Under the pieces are notes generated by a model. The model was not told the origin of the DNA and did not search any database. It was given only the letters and a program-made list of their open reading frames with translations. The translations under genes were made by a program, and so were the position numbers. Below are positions 48,692 through 59,226 of a DNA stretch of 64,000 bases, in pieces. The first letter of the stretch is position 1. Each line of letters starts with the position of its first letter. This DNA is from Oceanispirochaeta sp. GTDB taxonomy: Bacteria > Spirochaetota > Spirochaetia > DSM-2461. Where the stretch lies: contig CAXXXD010000002.1 of assembly GCA_963663385.2 (NCBI GenBank), positions 1,568,001-1,632,000 on the forward strand. Direction: 5' to 3'.

Positions 48692-50869
48692 ATGAAAATG
48701 CACAACGAAAACAGTCATCCCGTTCTGACTGAACCGCCTCTGGCTCATGCCCTCCATCACTGGAATGAGGAGGAGCGGGTCCTATCGTATGAATACAATG
48801 GGGTCGATGTCTTCACCCTTCAGTTTTCCGGTTCCGATGATCCGGGATTCCGGCACGGATCGGACGGCAATATCAACAGCGGCCCCTTTGTCCAGCAGCT
48901 CTACGCCATGTTCGATTCCTGTACCGAACCGCTTAAAGCCCGGTTCCGGATCCGGCTCAAAAGTTCCGCCTTACCCATGAAACCTCATCGCTCCGAGGGC
49001 GGAACGGCCATCCGGGGGGGGGACTCCCGGGCCCTTCTCTACGGGATAAACGGGTTCTATGACCGGGACTGGGATTTTCTTATTTCCTGGCATGGTGTCC
49101 CCTGGGGGTGGTCGGGAGAAAGGGCTGAAGTCCGTGATGGTTTTCTTACGGCGGAAGGCTGGATGGAGATAGGGAGAAAGCCCCTCTTTGTCAATCTCCA
49201 CATGCATTACTACCGGTCCCATCTGGGTTTCCGCTACCACAAACCCTGGGAGTGGAAACCCGACGGAAAGGCCCTGGCCGGTTGGTGTTCCTGGGAGGCC
49301 TACCGCCGCGATGTTTCCCAGGATCATCTGGAACAGCTGATCCCATTTTTGAAGGAACAGTTCGGCGAATACGGCCTGGAATATATGCAGATCGATGACG
49401 GCTTTCAGAAAATGCCCATTCCCCCCGAGGCTGGCAGAGTCATCGCCGACAGCTGGCTCGCCACAAACGAACAGTTTCCCCTGGGACACCGGCGGATTAT
49501 CGAAAGCATTGGCGAAAACGGCTTCACTCCCGCCATCTGGACCAATGTGAATGTTACCAACCGGGATTTCGGAGAAGAGGGAAAAGACGCGCTTATTTGG
49601 GATGGAGAGGGAGTACCCCTGGAAGGGGAATGGATCGACTTTCTGATGAACTGCGAGGAAGGGATGCTGGAGAAACATGTCGATCCCTATTATCGGGGAC
49701 TTTATAAACTCGGATACCGCTATTTCAAAACCGACGCCATACGTCACCTTCTGATGGACGGCCTGCATGAGGCGGTGCGCCTCGGACTCCTCTCCAATGA
49801 GGAGGCGGGAATCAAATTCCGCCGTTTTATCGAACACGCCCGCAGAGAGATAGGGGATTCGGTCTTTCTCTCCTCCTGGGGGGTGATGGAAGAGGTGGTC
49901 GGCGCGGCCGATGCCTGCCGTGTAGCCATGGACGCCAATCCCACCTGGGCGGGAATGCGCATGCAGATTGTGGAAACGGCACGGTGGTTTCATACCCAGC
50001 GTATCCTCTTTACAGTTGATCCGGACCACCTCTGCGCCCGTGGACAGGAGGAGTGGGTCCGGTCCGTCAGTTCTCTCATTTCCCTGAGCGGCGGGGTCTA
50101 CATGCTGAGCGATCCCCTGGAGGCGTATGACGGCGAAAGGGTGGATATCATCAGAAAGACCCTTCCCCCCTGCCGGACCGTTACCGCCGAGACGGGCCCC
50201 CTGAAGATGGATTTCCCTGCTTTTACATGGACAAAACTCCACGGATTTGCCGTTCCCCGGGAGGAACCGGTTAAACCGGAGGCTATCAGCGATGATGAGG
50301 CTCTCCATATGGCGGGCGACTATCCGGGGATGTATCTTTCCCATCCCTTCGGTTCCCTCTGGTCCTTCTCCTTTTCCCGTCCCGGTCTCGTATGGGATGT
50401 GATCCTGAGAACGGCCGTGATTCCCCTTGAGGAGTCGGCCCTCGACCACAGCTCCTGCGGGCTGGATCCCGGGGCAACCTATTATGTTTACGATTTCTGG
50501 AACCGCAGGTATTGCGGCGTATGGGAAAAGGGGAGCGATTCCTTTCCTGTTCCCCCTCTGGAACTGGGGCACTGTCAGGTTCTGGCTTTTCACCGGGCCG
50601 ACGGCAGGGTCCGCTACCTGGGAGACGACCGTCATGTGAGCTGCGGTATGCAGACCGTAGAGTCCGTCGATTGGGGCGAGGGGGGTATGAACCTCTCGTA
50701 CCGGGGGATTGCCGGAACGGTACTGGTTCTCACTTTTCACCGGGGCGGCCGGAAAATCATCGGGGTAAGCAGTTCCAACTCCCTCCGCTTTGATCTGAAT
50801 GGTGATATAATGACCGTAGAGATTGACATGGAGCGGAAAGAGGATATCCTGAAGATACAATGGGAATAA
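48692..50869 (+). CDS. Clan GH-D glycoside hydrolase (GH36/GH27 alpha-galactosidase-like)
   Basis: GWCSWEAY, QIDDGFQ, YFKTD (nucleophile), CRVAMD (acid/base) and DPDHL. Confidence 0.8.
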   Translation: MKMHNENSHPVLTEPPLAHALHHWNEEERVLSYEYNGVDVFTLQFSGSDDPGFRHGSDGNINSGPFVQQLYAMFDSCTEPLKARFRIRLKSSALPMKPHRSEGGTAIRGGDSRALLYGINGFYDRDWDFLISWHGVPWGWSGERAEVRDGFLTAEGWMEIGRKPLFVNLHMHYYRSHLGFRYHKPWEWKPDGKALAGWCSWEAYRRDVSQDHLEQLIPFLKEQFGEYGLEYMQIDDGFQKMPIPPEAGRVIADSWLATNEQFPLGHRRIIESIGENGFTPAIWTNVNVTNRDFGEEGKDALIWDGEGVPLEGEWIDFLMNCEEGMLEKHVDPYYRGLYKLGYRYFKTDAIRHLLMDGLHEAVRLGLLSNEEAGIKFRRFIEHARREIGDSVFLSSWGVMEEVVGAADACRVAMDANPTWAGMRMQIVETARWFHTQRILFTVDPDHLCARGQEEWVRSVSSLISLSGGVYMLSDPLEAYDGERVDIIRKTLPPCRTVTAETGPLKMDFPAFTWTKLHGFAVPREEPVKPEAISDDEALHMAGDYPGMYLSHPFGSLWSFSFSRPGLVWDVILRTAVIPLEESALDHSSCGLDPGATYYVYDFWNRRYCGVWEKGSDSFPVPPLELGHCQVLAFHRADGRVRYLGDDRHVSCGMQTVESVDWGEGGMNLSYRGIAGTVLVLTFHRGGRKIIGVSSSNSLRFDLNGDIMTVEIDMERKEDILKIQWE

Positions 50870-52566
50870 ACAACAGGGAGTACCGGCATACTCTCACACG
50901 GATCGTACTGTATTTTCTCCTGGCTCTCTCTGTGCCGGGAGTGCTTATCCTCCTCTCTCTCCCGTCGTACTACAGGTCGGTTCTGGCACGGGAGAACAAA
51001 CAGCTGATGGAGAATATTCAGGACCATATCGTCCGTTCCGTCGACTCCTATATGTTCAACCTCAAACGACTGGGGTTGAGTCCTCTTTTCAACGGTGAAT
51101 TCGATGACGCGCTGCTGACCGTATCTCTTGATTCCTTTGCCGACATGGATGCCTACCGGCAGAGGGAAATCCGGAGGGACATTGCCGACATCCTCTATAA
51201 TCAGCTTCTTCTCAGCCAGAACGAGATCCAGAATATTGTTCTCTATATGCCCGATGAAGAACTGATCATGCTGGACCGTAACGGCGACATCAGCTACTCC
51301 TTCGACGATCCCGGAGATATCTGGTGGGTGGCCGAAGCGAGAGAAGCGGAGCGGACGCCTTATTTCTCCAGGCCCCATATCCCCCTCTACAGCCGGACCG
51401 GTTCTCCTGTTGTGTCGGTTCTCCATACGATCCGTACCTATTCGGGGCGGTTCCGGGGGATCATCAAAACCGATATCCCCACCTCTTCCTTCGGTTCCCT
51501 CTTTGACGAATCGAGCTTCCAGGTGGAGACCCGATTTCTCATTGAGGATTCGCAGGGACAGATCATCTATCCCGGTCACCGGATCGATCCGCCCCGTTAT
51601 CTGGTCGGAAACGAGGCTTTCTTCGGGGGAGACCGCTACTATTTCAGAAAACAGGAAACCGAATTGGGCGGGTGGAACGTGGTGGTCCTGAGAAACCGTG
51701 CCCAGGTTCTCAACAATGACGTCCTCCTCTATGTGAGCGTTTTTGTCTATGTGATTTTTCAGATAAGTGTCACCATTTTTCTTTTCAATGCCTTCAGCCG
51801 CTCTCTCAAAAACTCCTTTGAAGAGCTGGAAAAGGCCATGCATGCCTACGGGGCGGGAGATCTTTCAGTCCGCTACCGCTCCGGCCGGAGCGACCCCGTT
51901 TCCGACCTGGGAGGAACCTTCAATCTTATGGCCGAGAAGATCGACCGTATGATTGTCCGGGAGTATCACACACAGACCCTTCTAAAAACAGCTGAGTTCA
52001 ATGCCCTTCAGAGCCAGGTTCAGCCTCATTTTCTCTACAACATCTTCGGTTCCCTGCTGGGACTTAACGCTCTGGGGGACAAGGTCGCCATGAAGAGAGT
52101 AATCCTCTCCATGAGGGATCTGCTCCAGTACACGGTGTATCATGGAGATGATTCAACGGTGGAAGAGGAGTTCGCCTTTCTGGACAACTACTGCCATCTC
52201 CACAAACTTCTGATGGAGGAGCGTCTGACTTTTTCCCTGGAATACGATCCTGATCTTAAGAGGTTTCCCCTGCCGAAACTGCTGCTCCAGCCCCTTGTTG
52301 AAAACAGTATCAAGCACGGGATAGAGGAAAAAATTGAAGGGGGAATCCTTACGGTACGGGCCCGGAAACGGGGAGGGGAAATTCAGATTGAGGTGGCTGA
52401 TGACGGACGGGGATTCGAACCGGAAGCGGAACTATCCGGAGGTATCGGGATTCAGAATGTCCGCGAAAGGGTCAAAATGACCTGGCCCGACGGCTCTCTG
52501 GATATAATCAGTGCCAGAGGGGAGGGCGCCATAATACGCCTGTCCATTCCCGGGGTGAAAACATGA
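50860..52566 (+). CDS. Sensor histidine kinase (YesM/LytS-like)
   Basis: QVQPHFLYN, LQPLVENS, DDGRG and GIGIQNV. Confidence 0.93.
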   Translation: MGINNREYRHTLTRIVLYFLLALSVPGVLILLSLPSYYRSVLARENKQLMENIQDHIVRSVDSYMFNLKRLGLSPLFNGEFDDALLTVSLDSFADMDAYRQREIRRDIADILYNQLLLSQNEIQNIVLYMPDEELIMLDRNGDISYSFDDPGDIWWVAEAREAERTPYFSRPHIPLYSRTGSPVVSVLHTIRTYSGRFRGIIKTDIPTSSFGSLFDESSFQVETRFLIEDSQGQIIYPGHRIDPPRYLVGNEAFFGGDRYYFRKQETELGGWNVVVLRNRAQVLNNDVLLYVSVFVYVIFQISVTIFLFNAFSRSLKNSFEELEKAMHAYGAGDLSVRYRSGRSDPVSDLGGTFNLMAEKIDRMIVREYHTQTLLKTAEFNALQSQVQPHFLYNIFGSLLGLNALGDKVAMKRVILSMRDLLQYTVYHGDDSTVEEEFAFLDNYCHLHKLLMEERLTFSLEYDPDLKRFPLPKLLLQPLVENSIKHGIEEKIEGGILTVRARKRGGEIQIEVADDGRGFEPEAELSGGIGIQNVRERVKMTWPDGSLDIISARGEGAIIRLSIPGVKT

Positions 52567-53951
52567 CTGTTCTGATTCTGGATGATGTGCGGCTGGTCCG
52601 TGAAACGGTAAAAGAGGCGCTAAGCTCGTGCTGGGACGGGACGCTGACCGTGCGGGAGTCGTCGAACGGCTTTGATGCTCTGGATATTCTCGGTAAACAC
52701 CCCGTGGATGTGGCTCTCGTGGATATCAAGATGCCCCGGATGGACGGACTGGCGTTTATCAGAAAGGCGGCCAGAATCAATCCTGCCCTTCGGTTTGTTA
52801 TTCTCTCCAGTTTTTCCGAGTTCGATTACGCCCGAACCGCTCTCAAACTCGGCGTATCCGACTATCTGCTCAAACCGGTCTCCGATGAGGAGCTGGAAAC
52901 GGTCCTCAGGCGAATTGAAAGTGAGATCAGAAGCGACGGGAAGGATCTGGTCGATCGGATGGAGCGGGAAATCGACCGTTTTTTCAACTGTCCCATAAAA
53001 GAGAATAAACCGGACAATGCCTTGTTCTTCCGCTTTCTTCCCGGAGCGGGAATGCGGCCGGACGAGGGGTACTACCGGAAAATCCGTCCGCTGACGGATG
53101 ATCTGTCGAACCGGCTTAACAGGCAGGGAATTCCTAATCTCATCCGCAGCGGAGACAATCTGTGGCAGGCGATACTGTTTTCGGGTAAGGAGCATCTCAA
53201 CCGGGTCAGGAGAGAGCTGAAGGATCTGGCCTCCCTTGTGGATGAGGCGGTCTTCTTTCTCTGCGAGCCGGGAAGGGAGGAGCCGGGGCTTTACTCGGAG
53301 CACCGGTCTATCTTTTTTCAGAACCTTTCGGCCCTGGCTCTCGCGGGATGCAGCGGTTTTTCTCCGGAAGGGGCGCCGGATTCTCTGAGAGAGCTCTCCG
53401 ATTCGCTGACAGCCATGACTAAGGGGATCTACAGGCCGGGTCAAAGTTTTACGGAATCCCTGAAAAGTGCTATAGAAGAGATCGACCGGCTCTCTCCCGG
53501 GGCGGCTGAAGTCCTGTCGGCTCATCTGGTTTCACTCTTTTCCCTTTCCGATGTCCATGACAGGGAGGAAATGCTGTCCCGGGTTGAAAGTGAGTATATA
53601 CGCCTTCAGTCGGGGAGTGAGATTCCCTTTCCAGGCAATGTCATTGCCTATGTGGAGAGAAATTATATGCATCCTGTCAATATCGCCTCTATCGCGGAAA
53701 CCTTCGGCAAAAGCCCCAATGCCCTCAGTTCGGCTTTCCGGAAGACCACCGGCCGGACTCTGAACCGCTTTATTACCTCCGTGAGAATTGAAAATGCCGA
53801 AAAACTGCTACTGTCCTCCGATCTGCCTTCCCGTCGCATCGGGGAGATGGTGGGGATCGACGATCCGGGCTATTTCTGTAAAGTATTCAAGGATTACACC
53901 GGTCTTACTCCCATGGATTACCGCAATGAGAGGAATTCCCCCCGGGAATAG
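52563..53951 (+). CDS. Response regulator with AraC output domain (YesN-like)
   Basis: LILDD, VDIKMP and YLLKP; GIDDPGYFCKVFKDYTGLTP. Confidence 0.92.
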   Translation: MTVLILDDVRLVRETVKEALSSCWDGTLTVRESSNGFDALDILGKHPVDVALVDIKMPRMDGLAFIRKAARINPALRFVILSSFSEFDYARTALKLGVSDYLLKPVSDEELETVLRRIESEIRSDGKDLVDRMEREIDRFFNCPIKENKPDNALFFRFLPGAGMRPDEGYYRKIRPLTDDLSNRLNRQGIPNLIRSGDNLWQAILFSGKEHLNRVRRELKDLASLVDEAVFFLCEPGREEPGLYSEHRSIFFQNLSALALAGCSGFSPEGAPDSLRELSDSLTAMTKGIYRPGQSFTESLKSAIEEIDRLSPGAAEVLSAHLVSLFSLSDVHDREEMLSRVESEYIRLQSGSEIPFPGNVIAYVERNYMHPVNIASIAETFGKSPNALSSAFRKTTGRTLNRFITSVRIENAEKLLLSSDLPSRRIGEMVGIDDPGYFCKVFKDYTGLTPMDYRNERNSPRE

Positions 53952-54049
53952 AATACCGGGATAATGTCGGTTGTATCGAAAAATACGATAACAGGTATTA
54001 TATTTTTACTTTCTTGACTTAAGATAAACTATATTTATAGAATCATTGA

Positions 54050-55165
54050 ATGAAAGATCTGTCATATAATGCTGTTTTACCATTTAAAAAATTAACAAAA
54101 AGAGGTCTGTGTACACTAGAAGAGCAATTGTCAATCATATTTATGGGTATCGGATTCTTTCTCTCTTTTTCCGCTTCAGTTGCCAATGCCTTACTGGATT
54201 TCCCTTTATGGATTAATCTTCCACATATCATTAATGCTGTTGTATGTCTGCTGATGGCACTGTTTTTAAAAAAATGGATAGTTACTGCGGCTCTTATTGA
54301 ACTGTTTTTTGCGACCTTTATTTACTTTCCTTTTATATATTTTACTAATGCGGGCTATATGGGATCCGGTCTGTTTTATTTTCTTATGGTAGTATTCTGG
54401 ATTGCATATTATCTGGATAAGAAAACTCTGAATTTTATGCTTGTTTTCTCATTGTTTTATTATACGTGCCTTATAGTTTTTTCCTATAAAAACCCTGAAT
54501 ACGTTATTCCATACCCGGATCCTGTTACGAATGTCATTGATGTTTTAGTTGCCATATTCGCTGTCTCCATATCTTTATCGGCCGTAACGGGTGTCACTTT
54601 CAGGGCATATAAAAACGAGCATGATAAAGTACAGGATCTGATTTTTGATCTGAATAAAAGAAATGAGGAATTGAAACAGCTTTCAATAACAGACCAGTTG
54701 ACCGGAGTATTCAACAGACGTCACTTTATAAATAAGTTTAATCATATGCTTGAACTTTTTGAAGAAACTCCCCAATCCATTTGTGTATTCTTACTGGATA
54801 TTGACCATTTCAAACATATAAATGATCAATATGGGCATCAGTATGGAGATGAAATCTTAAAGCGAGTAGCTGAAGTGATTCAGGAAACGCTCCGGCCGCA
54901 CGATCTTACAGCCCGATATGGCGGGGAGGAGTTTATTACTCTGGTTACTGGAGTTAATGAAAAAGATGCAATAGAAATTTCTGAGAGGATACGTACAGGT
55001 ATTGAGAATATGGAATACCGTCAGCAAAAAATCACAACTGTCAGTATTGGAATCTCTTACAGTACTGTTAATAAAGAAATGGATCTGATGGTAAAAGAAG
55101 CAGACAGCAATCTCTATCAAGCTAAAAACAATGGCAGAAACCAGGTTTGCCATGGTATAGGTTAA
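54050..55165 (+). CDS. Membrane diguanylate cyclase (GGDEF)
   Basis: DQLTGVFNRR, DIDHFKHIND, RPHD I-site and GGEEF; N-terminal TM helices. Confidence 0.94.
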   Translation: MKDLSYNAVLPFKKLTKRGLCTLEEQLSIIFMGIGFFLSFSASVANALLDFPLWINLPHIINAVVCLLMALFLKKWIVTAALIELFFATFIYFPFIYFTNAGYMGSGLFYFLMVVFWIAYYLDKKTLNFMLVFSLFYYTCLIVFSYKNPEYVIPYPDPVTNVIDVLVAIFAVSISLSAVTGVTFRAYKNEHDKVQDLIFDLNKRNEELKQLSITDQLTGVFNRRHFINKFNHMLELFEETPQSICVFLLDIDHFKHINDQYGHQYGDEILKRVAEVIQETLRPHDLTARYGGEEFITLVTGVNEKDAIEISERIRTGIENMEYRQQKITTVSIGISYSTVNKEMDLMVKEADSNLYQAKNNGRNQVCHGIG

Positions 55166-55271
55166 TAACCTATTCCCTATAAAAAGTCTGCTATTCCTTT
55201 TGTGGCAAACCTGTAGTAGTCAGAAACCGCTTCCATCGAATTTGTAACAGTTACAATTTCCAGGGTTTCGT

Positions 55272-55658
55272 TCAGCTTTTTTCCAATAAATCTATTGTCG
55301 CTATCGCATTTTCTAAACTATCCACAATTTCCACAGTAATATCTGCCTTTTTAAAGGCATCCATAACTTTTTTCTTTTCTATCTCAGAACATTCGGAAAC
55401 AAGAAAAAACTTCTGACATCCTCTATTTCTACTAATGGTATAGTATTTCATTAAGGCGTCTAAAGTTTCATAGGTACCTATCACATCTTTACTAAGATAT
55501 TCAATAAGGTACCATCTCTTCAGTCCTTTCTTTTCAATGGCATCCAGTATTTTACTCCAGGCCAGATCAACACCTTCAATATTAAACTGACCCATGGGAT
55601 AATTAATCAAAATGCTGTCTTTTATGCGGAATGAGTGATCGCCATGAGGAGTAAACAT
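55272..55658 (-). CDS. Hypothetical protein, possibly STAS/SpoIIAA-like
   Basis: 128 aa, AGGAG RBS; HG...G.FN.EG N-terminus. Confidence 0.65.
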   Translation of the reverse strand: MFTPHGDHSFRIKDSILINYPMGQFNIEGVDLAWSKILDAIEKKGLKRWYLIEYLSKDVIGTYETLDALMKYYTISRNRGCQKFFLVSECSEIEKKKVMDAFKKADITVEIVDSLENAIATIDLLEKS

Positions 55659-55728
55659 AGGCTACAACTCCTGATTTAAAAATTGCTATAGTTTAATTAT
55701 TATTTATGTATGAATACAAGTCAAAATC

Positions 55729-56520
55729 TCACTTTAAACAAACTCCTATCCATTCATTCTTATCCGCCGGGGAGAGCATACCGATCAGAGCCGCGGCATC
55801 CCTGAAAAAATTGTCTATCTTATCGTCTTTGACGAATTCTATCAGGGCCCAGCGGTTTCCCGGTATCTGCGACAGCTTTTCCAGGTACTCCCTCCAGAGC
55901 GTTTCCCCTTCGGAGAGGAGGTATCTTATCCGGGGGTCCGTACCCCAGTGAAAAACGTGAACCCCTATCAGGTAGTCACTTATCAGATCAATCCCTTTGA
56001 GACAGTCCTTTTTACTCATGCCCACCGGCGGCTGCCAGTAGGAGTGGACCGCCGGGTGCCCGATATCTTCCATAAAGCGGGCGGCTGATTCGTTCCTGTC
56101 GGTTAGCGTGCCGCCGTGATATTCAAAGGCCAGGTCGATTCCGGCTTTGGCGCAACTGTCTCCCGCCGCCCGGGCTTCATTGACAATCCTGCCGTAGTAA
56201 TCCTGATCGGCTTCTCCGGATCCTTTCTTGCCGGCCCAGGCTCTGATAAGAGGAGCTTTCAGAGCCAGAGCCGTATTCAGTATGGTGCTGAACGGGACCG
56301 GATCGTCATCAAACCGGTAATAGGATCCGTAAGCTGCTACCTCTAGACCGGCTTCCCTTGTTTTGCGGCCTGTTTCCGTGGCCTCTTCAATATCCCCATG
56401 GGGAACATGAATGTCTCCGCCCCATTCGATCCCCTGTATCCCCGCTTTAACCGATGCGTCGATAATCTCATGGACAGTCAAATTTCTGAAAGTAATGGAT
56501 ACCAGTCCCGGTTTTATCAT
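55729..56520 (-). CDS. Sugar phosphate isomerase/epimerase (xylose-isomerase-like TIM barrel)
   Basis: GIEWGGDIH, AFEYHGGTLTD, YWQP, HVFHW and LIEFV. Confidence 0.85.
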   Translation of the reverse strand: MIKPGLVSITFRNLTVHEIIDASVKAGIQGIEWGGDIHVPHGDIEEATETGRKTREAGLEVAAYGSYYRFDDDPVPFSTILNTALALKAPLIRAWAGKKGSGEADQDYYGRIVNEARAAGDSCAKAGIDLAFEYHGGTLTDRNESAARFMEDIGHPAVHSYWQPPVGMSKKDCLKGIDLISDYLIGVHVFHWGTDPRIRYLLSEGETLWREYLEKLSQIPGNRWALIEFVKDDKIDNFFRDAAALIGMLSPADKNEWIGVCLK

Positions 56521-58442
56521 TTGTATATCTCCCTGCTGCGGTAATCGTGCCATACTTTTTCAAACCAGAGGTCCCCTTCGGGAATTTCCCTCCGCTCTTC
56601 CCAGGCGTGTACAAGCCATCCCTGTTCGTCGACACAAGTCTTCTGCACTTTATTCCTGAAATCGGTATTTTCGGGAATCATTAGCCACTCTGTATCATTC
56701 ATTCCGTCGATTCGTACGCCTTTCCCGCTCAGCACCAGTCCGGATCCCCGGCTACCCGTACCCGAGACAAGAGCGAAGAGAATGGCTTCCAGATAAACCC
56801 AGTGTGCGAAGCAGAGATGCCTGTTTCGGAAGTATTCCCTGATATCACCGGGGGACGAAAGGGAGGAGGCCTCCCTTTCCAGCCTCTCCAGCTGCCGACG
56901 CGATTCTTCCAGTGACCGGCGGATTGTCTCCTCCTCTCTTATAAAGGCGCCCGATCTGGACATTCTGTCCTGAAGCTCCAGTCTCTCTTTTTTCCAGGAT
57001 AATTGTGACTTTCTGCCTTTTCCGATCAGTTCCTTAATAGAGGCAAGACGCCCCTCGGCTTCTTTTCTGAACAGATCCCCATCCAGGGTCTGTTCCCTGT
57101 ATGCCGCGCCGATATACTCGGCAGCCCTGAAGCCTCCCACCTGACCGCTGTTGAGCGCCGATCCCCCGGGCCTGTTTATGCCATGGGAGCCGTTAACTTC
57201 GCCGACGGGGAACAGATGGGAAATATTTTCCGACTGCCACCAGATATCAGCTGCCAGGCCGCCGTTGTTGTGCTGGGCGCACACGGCAATTTCCAGCTTC
57301 TCCCTTCTAAGATCGATATGGTGATCCAGATAGAGGTCTATGGCTCCTGGATTCATTTTTTCCAGCCTTTCAATCGGGGAGGGGAGGAGTGCCTCCGATC
57401 TTGACAGGTAGTCCGCCGCTTCGGAAGAGAGCCGGCCGAAGGAAAAATCTTTTGGATCGGTCCTGAAATCCAGGTAGACCTTTCTCCCTTTTTCCACAGT
57501 TTCCCGGAAGACCAGAATATCTATGATGGATGATCCTGACAGGACTTTCGCGGAGTCGAAGGGCCACTGATAACCTTTGAGAAATACCCTGGAGTTCATT
57601 TCCCCGGCTGTAGAAAAATAGTCTCTCAGGAATTCCCTTTCGTCCTCCCCGTTCTGCGGATCCACGCTGACGAAGCGGGGGAGTACCTGCATATAAGTGC
57701 CTGAGACGTTCCATCTGAATTTTACCGAGGCCAGTCCAAACTGGCTCTCCGGAAGATTGGAAGCCATGGCGCCTTCTCTCAGGGCCAGGCCGATGGCACC
57801 CGTATGGCATCCGGGGTATACGCTTGTTCTGTAAATTCCTCCGGGGCCGCCTACGGCGAACAGGATATTATCGGCTCTGTAAACTTCCGGCTCGCCCTTT
57901 TCTCCCAAAGCGATAAGGCCTGCGGCCCGTTTCCCCTCCTTTTCTCCGACGGTTATCAGGTCTATGACGTCCCGGTCTTCCAGAATGGGAATGCCCGCTT
58001 TTTTAACCTCTTTCATCAGAGCCAGGCACATTTCCCTGGATGTGTAGGGACCGATTGATGCGGCCCGTCGTGCGGGATCGTGATCGGTTTTGTATCCTGC
58101 GTACTGGCCGTACCTGTCTGTGGGGAAGGGAACTCCCAGATTGACCAGATTAAGAAAAGCCCTGGCCGACCCAGCCGCTTCGGTCAGGGCCAGATCGCCA
58201 TGCATGGCCCCGCCGCTGTAATAAACCTCCGCCATGGACCGGGGGCTGTCTCCGTCGGAGCCGCAAAGGGCCAGCTTATAATACGTCTGTTTGTCGCTTC
58301 CCGTATTGATCGACGTCCCTCTCTGCAGGCCTTCGGTGATGATAGCGATATCCTCTATTCCTCTTCTGTGGAGCTGAAGGGCCGCATTGAGTCCCGCGGC
58401 TCCGCTGCCCACAATCAGGCTGTGATAAGCGGTTATCTCCAT
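56517..58442 (-). CDS. FAD-binding oxidoreductase (SdhA/FrdA/NadB superfamily), function unknown
   Basis: IVGSGAAG, QHNNGG and GEVNGSHGINRPGGSALN. Confidence 0.87.
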   Translation of the reverse strand: MEITAYHSLIVGSGAAGLNAALQLHRRGIEDIAIITEGLQRGTSINTGSDKQTYYKLALCGSDGDSPRSMAEVYYSGGAMHGDLALTEAAGSARAFLNLVNLGVPFPTDRYGQYAGYKTDHDPARRAASIGPYTSREMCLALMKEVKKAGIPILEDRDVIDLITVGEKEGKRAAGLIALGEKGEPEVYRADNILFAVGGPGGIYRTSVYPGCHTGAIGLALREGAMASNLPESQFGLASVKFRWNVSGTYMQVLPRFVSVDPQNGEDEREFLRDYFSTAGEMNSRVFLKGYQWPFDSAKVLSGSSIIDILVFRETVEKGRKVYLDFRTDPKDFSFGRLSSEAADYLSRSEALLPSPIERLEKMNPGAIDLYLDHHIDLRREKLEIAVCAQHNNGGLAADIWWQSENISHLFPVGEVNGSHGINRPGGSALNSGQVGGFRAAEYIGAAYREQTLDGDLFRKEAEGRLASIKELIGKGRKSQLSWKKERLELQDRMSRSGAFIREEETIRRSLEESRRQLERLEREASSLSSPGDIREYFRNRHLCFAHWVYLEAILFALVSGTGSRGSGLVLSGKGVRIDGMNDTEWLMIPENTDFRNKVQKTCVDEQGWLVHAWEERREIPEGDLWFEKVWHDYRSREIYK

Positions 58443-59215
58443 CAGAGTCTTCCCATGGTCAATCCGCCGTCCACGCGGATTATCTGGCCGGTTGAGTAGG
58501 CCAGATCGCCCCGGCTCAGGGAGGCAACGGCTTTGCCCACATCGTCCGGCTGTCCCCAGCGCGGCTGAACGAGTATGCCCTCTTTTATCAGGGCGTCGTA
58601 TTTGCCCGTTACGGCTCCGGTCATATCGGTTTTGATGATGCCCGGCTGAATTTCATAGACCGGAATTCCGTACTCTCCCAGGCGCACGGCCCATAATTTC
58701 GTGGCCATGGTGATCCCGGCCTTGGAGATACAGTAATCTCCCCTTGAGGGAGAGGCCATCTCAGAGGAAACGGATCCGATATTGATTATGGCGAAATCCT
58801 GTTCGGGGCGGCACCCCTTCTGCTCGATCATCCATTTAGCTGCGTCTCTTGTCAGAAAATAGGGCCCTTTAAGGTTAATCCCGATTAATCTGTCAAAGCT
58901 CTTTTCATCAGCTTCCAGAATATCCACTCTTTTTTCCGGGGCAACGCCGGCATTGTTGACCAGAAGGTTCAGGGTTCCGAAGTCCCTTTTCAGGGACTCT
59001 ATCAGAATCCCGTGGTCCTTCCTGTCGGAAATATCGGATCTGTAATACCGTACGGTGATCCCGAAGGAACTCAATTGGGTTATAACATCCTTTACTTCCT
59101 CGGGTTCTTTTCTCCCCGTCAGGGCCAGATTCCAGTTCTGTTCCGCCAGCCTGAGAGAGATCCCCAGGCCGATTCCTCTGGCCCCGCCGGTGACAAGGGC
59201 TGTTTTTTCCGTCAT
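58442..59215 (-). CDS. SDR oxidoreductase (3-ketoacyl-ACP-reductase-like)
   Basis: TGGARGIG, NNAGV, YCISK and PGIIKTDMT. Confidence 0.9.
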   Translation of the reverse strand: MTEKTALVTGGARGIGLGISLRLAEQNWNLALTGRKEPEEVKDVITQLSSFGITVRYYRSDISDRKDHGILIESLKRDFGTLNLLVNNAGVAPEKRVDILEADEKSFDRLIGINLKGPYFLTRDAAKWMIEQKGCRPEQDFAIINIGSVSSEMASPSRGDYCISKAGITMATKLWAVRLGEYGIPVYEIQPGIIKTDMTGAVTGKYDALIKEGILVQPRWGQPDDVGKAVASLSRGDLAYSTGQIIRVDGGLTMGRL

Positions 59216-59226
59216 AGGCTTCTCCA

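Noticed and set aside
47512..53525. Series of long minus-strand ORFs (353, 629, 368 and 301 aa)
   Set aside because: Antisense shadows of GC-rich plus-strand genes that carry clear family motifs; no RBS or motifs of their own
56517..58442. Succinate dehydrogenase/fumarate reductase or nadB
   Set aside because: No Fe-S or membrane subunits and no nad genes adjacent; the covalent-FAD His motif is not evident
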